A stretch of DNA of 64,000 bases from Lama guanicoe (Eukaryota), in NCBI GenBank assembly GCA_013239625.1, contig MU053513.1:206370-270369 (forward strand). The letters run 5' to 3'. A model generated the notes under the pieces. That model saw only the letters and a list, made by a program, of their open reading frames with translations, made no database searches and was not told where the DNA came from. Made by a program: the position numbers and the translations under genes. Each line of letters begins with the position of its first letter. Positions within the stretch are counted from its first letter, which is position 1. Shown here piece by piece: positions 1 to 11,467 of this stretch.

Positions 1-44
1 GATAAAAACTCATATTTTTAAGAAGTTTAAAAAAATCACTTATA

Positions 45-289
45 GGGGTTGAGGAGAGGGATAAATTAGGAGTTTGGAATCAACATATTCACACTACTAT
101 ATATCAAATAGATAAATAAGGATCTGCTATATAACGCAGGGAACTGTATTCAGTATCTTGAAATAACTTGCAATGATGAAGAATCTGAAAAAGAACATAT
201 ACGTGTATATATGATGGAATCACTTTGCTGTACACGAGAAACTAACAAAACATTGTAAATCAACTGTACTTCAATAAAAAAAATTTTTT
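45..289 (+). mobile_element. 5'-truncated LINE-1 3' end (artiodactyl-type) with 13-bp TSD
   Basis: Typical artiodactyl L1 3'UTR (gggataaattaggagtttgg...cattgtaaatcaactgtacttcaataaaaaaa); perfect direct repeat aaaatcacttata at 32-44 and 290-302. Confidence 0.9.
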
Positions 290-477
290 AAAATCACTTA
301 TAAATGAAATTAGGCAAAATTACTTGTCTTTTCAGTCTTGTAAAAAAGATCACTTCGAAATTAAAATTCCACTAGAAGGAGACAATGGAGATTAAGTTCA
401 AAGAATAAATTTAAGTTTCTCTAGTTATATTTTAACAGTACCAACCATATCAACCTCTTAATCAATATATGTCACTG

Positions 478-697
478 TCAGACCACCTGAGTTGCAATCC
501 CAGCTCTGTCATTTCTTGATGGAGGAACCCCCAGGCACTTTAATTTTCCTCTCCAAGCTTTAGCTTCCTTAGCTGTAAGATGCTGATACTAATACCTTCT
601 AGGGTTGTATAGGATTAAATGGTTACTATACCTAAAGTGTTCAGACTCAGGTTCTGGCACATAATAGGGGCTTTATTAAAGTTAGCTATTATTATTA
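478..697 (+). mobile_element. MIR SINE
   Basis: aatcccagctctgtc...aggattaaatg...ctggcacataatag...agctattattatta resembles the MIR core and 3' end. Confidence 0.75.
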
Positions 698-2389
698 AAA
701 TCTATGCTAGGAGACTAACACAGGTGCACAGGTACACACACAATACCAAAGTGAAAAATCACTTAATATTCTGCTTGCATAAATAAACTATATATATTTA
801 CTTCTCAATCTATAGACTGCTCCTAGTTTTGTATAAAAATCTTGCAGAAGGGAAAAGTAATATGAATTTAATATTTTAAATATTTTACATGTAAGTAGAC
901 ACAGTGCTACTATACTTTGTCCCTGCTGAAATTGTCACATCCCTCAATCATCTATTTGAGAGATGGTGGCAAGTAAAAACCATGGTGAGATAGGCATGAA
1001 TGAACACGGCTGTAGGCTAGACAGTCCCTGTAGAATACAAATAGAAGGTAATGCAATTATGTTTTAAAGACATTTTCATATCATTGATTTGTATCTGATA
1101 ATTTAATTACGTGTACTCTTATTGAAAGTGTTTGCATCTTGTTCTAGATATTTGTCCCTGCTTGGCACTTCATTATGCTGCTCTGACACTTTGCACTAAT
1201 CACTGGTAACTGATAGTGACATTTTCAGGCCGATTATGTTCCCAGGCAATGGTAGAAAAAGGTCTGTCCTGTGCTGTGGGCTTAGACAATACTGTACCAA
1301 GAAAAAGTGCTTTTGTTACAGTACTGGACCTATGAAGTAAGCCATCAATGATCCGGAACTATCTCATCTTTCTTGTTCCTTTCACATTGGTCTTACAGGT
1401 AGTATGGGATACTCAGAGGAACATGGGTGCTGGCATCAGGAAGCCTTCGGTTAGACTCCCAGCCAGGTAGATGCTCCCCTCTCTCATCCTAATAGAGTGA
1501 GGTACTGAAACTGTGTTAAGACTCCTTGCCCTTATCTGACTGACTGATCAGGGGGAATTCAATACAGAGGTGTGCTAAGAACTGAGAAGAACGACCTGAT
1601 TTATCTTTTACAACAATCCTACCAAACAGTTCTGGCTAAGATAGATAATTCGACATGTTCAAATGGGCTCAGTCTGATTCACTTAAAGTGGAGTGGAGAA
1701 TGGAAGTAATTCTTGTAGTTCAAGCAGAGAAAACACTTAGTCTCAACTATTTAAATATTTCAGGCCAAAGAGTTTCTTGGATCTGAATTATGAATTGTTG
1801 TTGCCCTGTGCTCCACTTTACCTCACATGTGTAAACACAGCCCAAGTGTGCAGCAACGATTTTAATGGGCTCAGTCAGGCTAGAACCCTAATGAAGCGGT
1901 TGCGAGATGAAAAACCAATAACATTTTAACTCCAAGCCAGTGCATTGAGAGAACTGAAAAATCACCTGGGAAAGATCAGCAGAACAATTAGATGGACAGA
2001 GAAATGCTACTAATTGCTAATGATCAGCTAAAATATATGTGGTTGCCAGGGATGTTACTGTACAGGTGTGGGATTCCACTTGACATTTGTCTTAGATTTA
2101 AGGTCTGACATTTGTGTAACTTCCAATTAAAACAGAATAATGATAATTAGATCAGAAAGAATCTGCTAGTCAAGCTCTGAAATTTTACTATGTTCCTTAC
2201 CTACAATAAACTTAAGTATTCTGACATTTAACTGATTTTTTCCTTTGGCTCCATGAAACACGTATCAGCAGAAGCTAATGAACTTTATTGTATTCCTGCC
2301 AATTTTTGAGAATGACAGTCTAGACAGAATATGAATACAAATATTAAGATCCCTGTATTTTAAATCCACACATAAGGCTGATGTGCAGC

Positions 2390-2465
2390 TAGAATTTGCC
2401 GACGTGGCACGCCTGGATAATCCATACTGGTATCTACTCTGATTGGTCAGTTACCCATTGGTTGA
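2390..2465 (-). promoter_or_regulatory. Candidate CCAAT-box promoter of an unidentified transcript
   Basis: Two CCAAT boxes (ATTGG at 2442-2446 and 2457-2461) flank a MYB-type TAACTG (2448-2453); CREB3/ATF6-like TGCCACGTCGGCA at 2397-2409 with retained CpGs; minus-strand donor tag|GTAAGG at 2201/2200. Motifs only. Confidence 0.4.
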
Positions 2466-3484
2466 TATCCACATAGTACCATTTGGTAGGAGTCCAAATA
2501 TCACCTTGGTCCGTAAGTGTAATTAAAAATCTCCCTTTTGCTGGTATTTATACTCTAGATTAAGGGTTTGGAAATGGTTTCAAATATGATGATCAAAAAA
2601 TCTTCTTAAATAGAAAAAATCATTTATATGAAAATGATATGATGAACTCTTATTAAAATGAGAATTTCCAGATGTTATTGATTAATTACTGGTTTGGAAT
2701 TTTTTATGGATGCAATTGAATTAATCATCTAAATCAAATACATTTTCACTTAAAATATCCTTATAATGTGATTTACTAAAGCAGTTATATTAACTTGATT
2801 GTTCAATTATCCAATTTAGGTTGTATGAATAAAAGCAACTGCAGTAGAAACTTATACAGTTCCATTTCTCTGGGTTACTTTTGTTTATTAACTAGTATCT
2901 TTTCTTTCTAATATATTTTCCCCTGATATTTTATTATGTGTGTCCACTAAGATACATTCAAGAAATTGGGAAAAATAATAAGAATGTACTAATTTGCTTT
3001 ATTAACTTTGACACACATTTTAGAGGATAAGCATCTTCTTTCAGAAAAGCATATTTGAAAGAAAGAAGCTGTCTTCATATCCCAATGGAAATATTATTCC
3101 TTCACTATTTGCTGATAATTCATTCTTGTCTAGGCTTATGCACAGCTATATACTAATATCCTTGTAAAACACATCAAAAAATTGTACTGATTCATATCAG
3201 ATATGTGGTTGAGAAAGAAAAAAGTACAATTTAGTGACATTATGAAGTAGGAACCCATGTCACTGGAGCTACTATTTGGTCTTAGAACAGAGGAAGAGAA
3301 AGCAGTCAAGACCTGGAAGTGGCTAGTGAGGATGTAGAAGGACCTTCCTCTGGCAACTGCCAAGCTTGGTTTTGGTCGTATTTATTCAAGGATGAGTAAA
3401 TATACATAAGGGATGGTGGCTGGGGTGGGTGGTAGATGAGTACACATGTAACTACACTGAAATGTTAAAAGCCACCATTTGGAT

Positions 3485-3690
3485 GCTTATGTTCTAAACA
3501 ACATGTAACACATTTCATATTCCTTAACTAATGTGAGCCTATGAAGTAGGTACTATTAGTCTCATTTTCCAGGTAAGGAAACCAAAATTCAGGGAGGTCA
3601 AATTGCTTGCCCAAAGTCAAAAAGCTGGTAAGTGGCAAGGACAACATTTAGTTGAGTTCTATCTGGCTCCAGACAGATCTTAATCACTCC
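3485..3690 (-). mobile_element. MIR SINE containing the left breakpoint of duplication 1
   Basis: cctatgaagtaggtactatt...aggaaacc...cttgcccaaagtca...gtaagtggca; the duplicate starting at 5723 is truncated inside this element. Confidence 0.75.
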
Positions 3691-4098
3691 TTCAATGTAT
3701 TGAAGAATCTGAGATTATCGCCAAAATCATTTTTCTACAAAAAGAGAAAATACTAATTCAGACACATCTTTCTGATTTTTTTTAAAGTATGAGACATAAA
3801 ATGCATTTTTTCTAGGAACAGGCATACAAGAAAAGTAAGGGGTTAATATGGAGACAGATATGCCAACTACAGAATGCAAAGAAATTCAAATGTGATAAGA
3901 TAATTAAAATCTGCATTGCGGTTAATAAGGGACAGGATACATGCTATAGAAAATGAAATCAATATGTTGATTCAATTTTATGTTATTTCCCAAAATTGCC
4001 TCAGATGTTATGTCAAGCCTGATTTTAGCCATTTTTCTCATGTCCAACTTAATTTTCCCCTTCTTCCCTCCTTCAGATTAAATTTGTTTGAATAGATC

Positions 4099-4294
4099 AC
4101 AGCTTCTTAATCTTGGCATTATTGCTATTTTAGACCACCTAATTCTTTGGGTGTGTGGCCACATCCCTGGTCTCTATCCACTAGATGCCAGTGACACTGT
4201 CCTTTCATGTTCCACCAGTGTGACAAACAAAAATGTCTGCAAAATCACCAAATGTCACCAAATGGGGCAAAATTGCAGAGGTTGAAAATTACTG
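4099..4294 (+). mobile_element. MER20 hAT-Charlie element (internally deleted)
   Basis: catccctggtctctatccactagatgccagt...gtgacaaacaaaaatgtct...ggggcaaaatt...ggttgaaaattactg matches MER20 hallmarks. Confidence 0.85.
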
Positions 4295-6248
4295 GATTAG
4301 TTCAACAATGAACAATTTATCAGCTTTTTAATTTGATTCACTTTGATTGAATAACAAAAACGTATGGAATTAAATTTTGTTACCCCATGATGAACATTAC
4401 TATAAAGTGCAGAGAGGAAACAAAAGAAAATTTATTTTTAACACAATCAAGAATTCCTCCACACATTCTGTGGTTTGCATGGCTTTCCCATTCCAACTGT
4501 TTCCTGTATAATAATGAGACTTCACGCACTTAAAGAATAGAGAAACAGTAAAATTTTGAGTAAGCTAATGAAGTGGGTATAATGAGTAGGCTGATGTGCA
4601 AACCTTATGATAATCAATGGTACTAAAAAGTCACTCCATCATATACTTCTTATGCAAAAACATTTGTTTCGTTGGGTCCTGGTGGGAGTAGAAGACTGCA
4701 TACAGAGACATTTCTAAAGGTATCAACAGAATCACTAATTACTTGACAAGTTCGCTTTTCTATAAAGTTATAATGAGATTTTCCATATTCTTTGTGGAAA
4801 TACAATTATATTTTGGACAATATGACATGGTGAGTGACATTCTCTATGCCTAAATTACTTTAAATTAAAAAAAAAAAGTTTTCTATTGCTTCTAGGCTGA
4901 ATTGCTCCAAAATACAGGGTACCTCAAATAGTAACACATAACAAAGCCCTCATGGCTTCCTTTCTCCTGTCCGCTATGGTAAACTTTTTGCTAGTCCATG
5001 TCTTAGCAGATTCATCTTTTGCTCTGCTTTCTCTGGGAGAGCAATGAGTTTAATTAAAGCTTTGCAAATGGCTTTGAGGACCTGTGTTTTTTGTAGCCCC
5101 TTCTATGCTTTCCCCATAATTCTTCTCGGCACTTTTTACCTGGGAGCATGGATTGTCATTCGTAACCCCTAATAAAAGAAAATGAACTTAGAGGTTAAGA
5201 AAACACTTGCAGATAAACAGAGTCTCCTTAAAGCAAACAGAGAGAGGACAAATGTTAAATGAAATTAATATGTATACTATTATTTTTCTGAATATTCAAA
5301 GCAATAAATTCAAATGACTATATACCATACTCTATGATACATGCATAAATAGTCATCTTATTCTGTCTCCTGGGTCTGTTAGGAAAAGAAGCCAAACACC
5401 CTCTTAGAGTGTAATATGGACCAACTCCGAAGCATAGATTTATTGGAATTAGCCTTATTCTAAATATGGTTGAAAGCAAAATGTCACTATTATTCCTAAT
5501 GTTTATAAAATACTATCATTTCTTATTAAAACGTCAAAAGATTTACATAACTTTCATACATTTACATTTACACATCATAATCAGGAAGGAGTTAACACCT
5601 CTACTAGAGGTCATTTGCAGCAGATCACTGATACTTTGCTGTTTTTGAATGAATCCCTTTTTCATAGATTATCTTAATATATTTTGCAGAGAAGATTCCA
5701 AAGCAATCTCATATTATATTTAGTAAGGAAACCAAAATTCAGGGAGGTCAAATTGCTTGCCCAAAGTCAAAAAGCTGGTAAGTGGCAAGGACAACATTTA
5801 GTTGAGTTCTATCTGGCTCCAGACAGATCTTAATCACTCCTTCAATGTATTGAAGAATCTGAGATTATCGCCAAAATCATTTTTCTACAAAAAGAGAAAA
5901 TACTAATTCAGACACATCTTTCTGATTTTTTTTAAAGTATGAGACATAAAATGCATTTTTTCTAGGAACAGGCATACAAGAAAAGTAAGGGGTTAATATG
6001 GAGACAGATATGCCAACTAAAGAATGCAAAGAAATTCAAATGTGATAAGATAATTAAAATCTGCATTGCGGTTAATAAGGGACAGGATACATGCTATAGA
6101 AAATGAAATCAATATGTTGATTCAATTTTATGTTATTTCCCAAAATTGCCTCAGATGTTATGTCAAGCCTGATTTTAGCCATTTTTCTCATGTCCAACTT
6201 AATTTTCCCCTTCTTCCCTCCTTCAGATTAAATTTGTTTGAATAGATC

Positions 6249-6444
6249 ACAGCTTCTTAATCTTGGCATTATTGCTATTTTAGACCACCTAATTCTTTGG
6301 GTGTGTGGCCACATCCCTGGTCTCTATCCACTAGATGCCAGTGACACTGTCCTTTCATGTTCCACCAGTGTGACAAACAAAAATGTCTGCAAAATCACCA
6401 AATGTCACCAAATGGGGCAAAATTGCAGAGGTTGAAAATTACTG
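6249..6444 (+). mobile_element. MER20, duplicated copy
   Basis: Identical to 4099-4294 at offset 2150. Confidence 0.85.
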
Positions 6445-7421
6445 GATTAGTTCAACAATGAACAATTTATCAGCTTTTTAATTTGATTCACTTTGATTGA
6501 ATAACAAAAACGTATGGAATTAAATTTTGTTACCCCATGATGAACATTACTATAAAGTGCAGAGAGGAAACAAAAGAAAATTTATTTTTAACACAATCAA
6601 GAATTCCTCCACACATTCTGTGGTTTGCATGGCTTTCCCATTCCAACTGTTTCCTGTATAATAATGAGACTTCACGCACTTAAAGAATAGAGAAACAGTA
6701 AAATTTTGAGTAAGCTAATGAAGTGGGTATAATGAGTAGGCTGATGTGCAAACCTTATGATAATCAATGGTACTAAAAAGTCACTCCATCATATACTTCT
6801 TATGCAAAAACATTTGTTTCGTTGGGTCCTGGTGGGAGTAGAAGACTGCATACAGAGACATTTCTAAAGGTATCAACAGAATCACTAATTACTTGACAAG
6901 TTCGCTTTTCTATAAAGTTATAATGAGATTTTCCATATTCTTTGTGGAAATACAATTATATTTTGGACAATATGACATGGTGAGTGACATTCTCTATGCC
7001 TAAATTACTTTAAATTAAAAAAAAAAAGTTTTCTATTGCTTCTAGGCTGAATTGCTCCAAAATACAGGGTACCTCAAATAGTAACACATAACAAAGCCCT
7101 CATGGCTTCCTTTCTCCTGCCCGCTATGGTAAACTTTTTGCTAGTCCATGTCTTAGCAGATTCATCTTTTGCTCTGCTTTCTCTGGGAGAGCAATGAGTT
7201 TAATTAAAGCTTTGCAAATGGCTTTGAGGACCTGTGTTTTTTGTAGCCCCTTCTATGCTTTCCCCATAATTCTTCTCGGCACTTTTTACCTGGGAGCATG
7301 GATTGTCATTCGTAACCCCTAATAAAAGAAAATGAACTTAGAGGTTAAGAAAACACTTGCAGATAAACAGAGTCTCCTTAAAGCAAACAGAGAGAGGACA
7401 AATGTTAAATGAAATTAATAT

Positions 7422-7881
7422 NNNNNNNNNNNNNNNNNNNNNNNNNNNNNNNNNNNNNNNNNNNNNNNNNNNNNNNNNNNNNNNNNNNNNNNNNNNNNNN
7501 NNNNNNNNNNNNNNNNNNNNNNNNNNNNNNNNNNNNNNNNNNNNNNNNNNNNNNNNNNNNNNNNNNNNNNNNNNNNNNNNNNNNNNNNNNNNNNNNNNNN
7601 NNNNNNNNNNNNNNNNNNNNNNNNNNNNNNNNNNNNNNNNNNNNNNNNNNNNNNNNNNNNNNNNNNNNNNNNNNNNNNNNNNNNNNNNNNNNNNNNNNNN
7701 NNNNNNNNNNNNNNNNNNNNNNNNNNNNNNNNNNNNNNNNNNNNNNNNNNNNNNNNNNNNNNNNNNNNNNNNNNNNNNNNNNNNNNNNNNNNNNNNNNNN
7801 NNNNNNNNNNNNNNNNNNNNNNNNNNNNNNNNNNNNNNNNNNNNNNNNNNNNNNNNNNNNNNNNNNNNNNNNNNNNNNNNN
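7422..7881. other. Assembly gap (460 N)
   Basis: Run of N. The flanks match the start and end of block B, whose missing part would be ~420-450 bp. Confidence 0.99.
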
Positions 7882-7944
7882 AAGATTCCAACAATCTCAT
7901 ATTTCTCTAAAATCACAATGATAAAAAGCACAGCATACCTAAGG

Positions 7945-7981
<37 letters not shown>

Positions 7982-10900
7982 AAAGAGAGAGAGACAAAGA
8001 CAGAAACAGAGAGGGGAACCCCGTTTACTTCACTGTTAGGTGGAATGTTTAAAATGCCATATTGAAGTAAGTTGACCTAGAAAGGTCATTCAATACTTAC
8101 ATCCAGAATCTCTGATGATCAGCCTCTATGGAGATTAATGAGTCACCCTGCGATTGTGATGAGCACTGGGGGTATATCACAGAAGCCACAACTGCCATTT
8201 GAATGAGAGAATAAATTATTTCAAATGTGAACTTCTGCCCACAGTCTGCTGCATTGAAGTCCTAAGAATCTTCACCTTTAACTAGAGAATAGAAACTCTA
8301 ACTTTGAGTCTAAAAAGACTCAAATAGTCAAACTATTCAGAAAATAGCTCAATTTTATTTGAAGAATCTTTGTATGATAATAATAGCTACCGTATATTCA
8401 GAACTTACTACACATACTCAGTGCCAAAAGCACTCTTTATGACAACCCAGTGAATCAGGAATAAATACGTTCAATATATAGACCCAAGAGCACTTCACCA
8501 GTAACTGACGTGGAACACGAACCCATGTTCTTCTGATTCCAAAATCTGTACAAATAAGGAAAATGCTGAATAAAATATTTAGAGAAAATGTCAGGAATGG
8601 TTTAGGATCTTTCTTAAAGATCTTTCTGTTGATATGTAACTTCGGGGGTTGGTATGAGAAAATCACAAAGACAACAAAAACAGCATCTAAAATCTACTAT
8701 GTGCCAGACTTTCCTAAGTAATTTACAGGCGTACACTTATTAATTCTCCCCAAAACTTTTAAAAGTAGGACCCTCATTAGGACCCTTATTTTAAAGGTGA
8801 AAAAACTAAAAAAAGGAAAAGAGTCAAAACACAAATAGTAGGAATTTCCAACATTCAGAATAGAAGCAAAACTGTGCATAGATGTAATCAAGACACTATG
8901 AATGTGATTTGGCTAAAATATGTCACAAAACAAAAGGTAACTACATTGCTAGTAGAATAACTGTATCTATTAATTGAGTCTTCTTGAGTGAGATAAAGTG
9001 GCATTTAGAGCAAATAGTGAAATCCTCTTTCTCTACTGAAATCTTGGGAAGAAATTAAGCCAATGAAAAATATAGGAGGTGTCTTCACTCCAGGTCTGAT
9101 GTGATAGCTGTAGGGGGCCTAATGGTGTGAGTAGGCTCTCTTCTGTGAAGAGCACGTGGAGATGGGAGGAGATGAGGAGAAAGATGGCAAAGATCTGGTT
9201 TTAGTTCCATTTTTCTTGTTATGGTCATGTCCTGAGACACAGATCTACAAGTCTGTCTGTCTCAGAGACAAGACAGTTAAAGATTTGAGCAGCCTCAGGG
9301 GTCAATGACTCCAGGTCCACACAGCCTTGATGGGAGTGATACTATGCCCGTAAGGATCTTGACCCTTACATCAAAGAAGGAGACATGACCAGGTCTAGGT
9401 TGTTCAAGCCATTTCTATCTTTCACTTTTCCCAGGTTACCAAGGGAAATGAAATTAATATATATATACTATTATTTTTCTGAATATTCAAAGCAATAAAT
9501 TCAAATGACTATATACCATACTCTATGATACATGCATAAATAGTCATCTTATTCTGTCTCCTGGGTCTGTTAGGAAAAGAAGCCAAACACCCTCTTAGAG
9601 TGTAATATGGACCAACTCCGAAGCATAGATTTATTGGAATTAGCCTTATTCTAAATATGGTTGAAAGCAAAATGTCACTATTATTCCTAATGTTTATAAA
9701 ATACTATCATTTCTTATTAAAACGTCAAAAGATTTACATAACTTTCATACATTTACATTTACACATCATAATCAGGAAGGAGTTATTTCCTAGCAGTACT
9801 GATAATTCCCACCTCTACTCCAAAAGAGGTCATTTGCAGCAGATCACTGATACTTTGCTGTTTTTGAATGAATCCCTTTTTCATAGATTATCTTAATATA
9901 TTTTGCAGAGAAGATTCCAAAGCAATCTCATATTTCTCTAAAATCACAATGATAAAAAGCACAGCATACCTAAGGCTGTGTGTGTGTGTGTGTGTGAGAG
10001 AGAAAGAGAGGGAGACAAAGACAGAAACAGAGAGGGGAACCCCATTTACTTCACTGTTAGGTGGAATGTTTAAAATGCCATATTGAAGTAAGTTGACCTA
10101 GAAAGGTCATTCAATACTTACATCCAGAATCTCTGATGATCAGCCTCTACGGAGATTAATGAGTCACCCTGCGATTGTGATGAGCACTGGGGGTATATCA
10201 CAGAAGCCACAACTGCCATTTGAATGAGAAAATAAATTATTTCAAATGTGAACTTCTGCCCACAGTCTGCTGCATTGAAGTCCTAAGAATCTTCACCTTT
10301 AACTAGAGAATAGAAACTCTAACTTTGAGTCTAGAAAGACTCAAATAGTCAAACTATTCAGAAAATAGCTCAATTTTATTTGAAGAATCTTTGTATGATA
10401 ATAATAGCTACCGTATATTCAGAACTTACTACACATACTCAGTGCCAAAAGCACTCTTTATGACAACCCAGTGAATCAGGAATAAATACGTTCAATATAT
10501 AGACCCAAGAGCACTTCACCAGTAACTGACGTGGAACACGAACCCATGTTCTTCTGATTCCAAAATCTGTACAAATAAGGAAAATGCTGAATAAAATATT
10601 TAGAGAAAATGTCAGGAATGGTTTAGGATCTTTCTTAAAGATCTTTCTGTTGATATGTAACTTCGGGGGTTGGTATGAGAAAATCACAAAGACAACAAAA
10701 ACAGCATCTAAAATCTACTATGTGCCAGACTTCCCTAAGTAATTTACAGGTGCACACTTATTAATTCTCCCCAAAACTTTTAAAAGTAGGACCCTCATTA
10801 GGACCCTTATTTTAAAGGTGAAAAAACTAAAAAAAGGAAAAGAGTCAAAACACAAATAGTAGGAATTTCCAACATTCAGAATAGAAGCAAAACTGTGCAT

Positions 10901-11467
10901 AGATGTAATCAAGACACTATGAATGTGATTTGGCTAAAATATGTCACAAAACAAAAGGTAACTACATTGCTAGTAGAATAACTGTATCTATTAATTGAGT
11001 CTTCTTGAGTGAGATAAAGTGGCATTTAGAGCAAATAGTGAAATCCTCTTTCTCTACTGAAATCTTGGGAAGAAATTAAGCCAATGAAAAATATAGGAGG
11101 TGTCTTCACTCCAGGTCTGATGTGATAGCTGTAGGGGACCTAATGGTGTGAGTAGGCTCTCTTCTGTGAAGAGCACGTGGAGATGGGAGGAGATGAGGAG
11201 AAAGATGGCAAAGATCTGGTTTTAGTTCCATTTTTCTTGTTATGGTCATGTCCTGAGACACAGATCTACAAGTCTGTCTGTCTCAGAGACAAGACAGTTA
11301 AAGATTTGAGCAGCCTCAGGGGTCAATGACTCCAGGTCCACACAGCCTTGATGGGAGTGATACTATGCCCGTAAGGATCTTGACCCTTACATCAAAGAAG
11401 GAGACATGACCAGGTCTAGGTTGTTCAAGCCATTTCTATCTTTCACTTTTCCCAGGTTACCAAGGGA
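7882..11467. repeat. Tandem duplication 2 (unit B+C, ~2.0 kb)
   Basis: 7882-9446 is repeated at ~9911-11467 (offset 2021 after the TG repeat); block B (5257-5715) recurs at ~9446-9933; at least 8 transitions plus microsatellite differences. Confidence 0.95.
7946..7995. repeat. (TG)n(GA)n microsatellite; shorter paralogue at ~9977-10015
   Basis: ~17 TG units here versus ~10 in the duplicate. Confidence 0.9.

Larger units (their letters stand above)
3573..7421. repeat. Tandem duplication 1 (unit A+B', period 2150 bp)
   Basis: 3573-5271 is repeated at 5723-7421; only two substitutions seen by eye (3870 c/6020 a; 4970 t/7120 c); identical ORFs 4088-4285 and 6238-6435. Confidence 0.95.

Noticed and set aside
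7338..7997. Four long ORFs (161-219 aa)
   Set aside because: They read through the N gap; artefacts.
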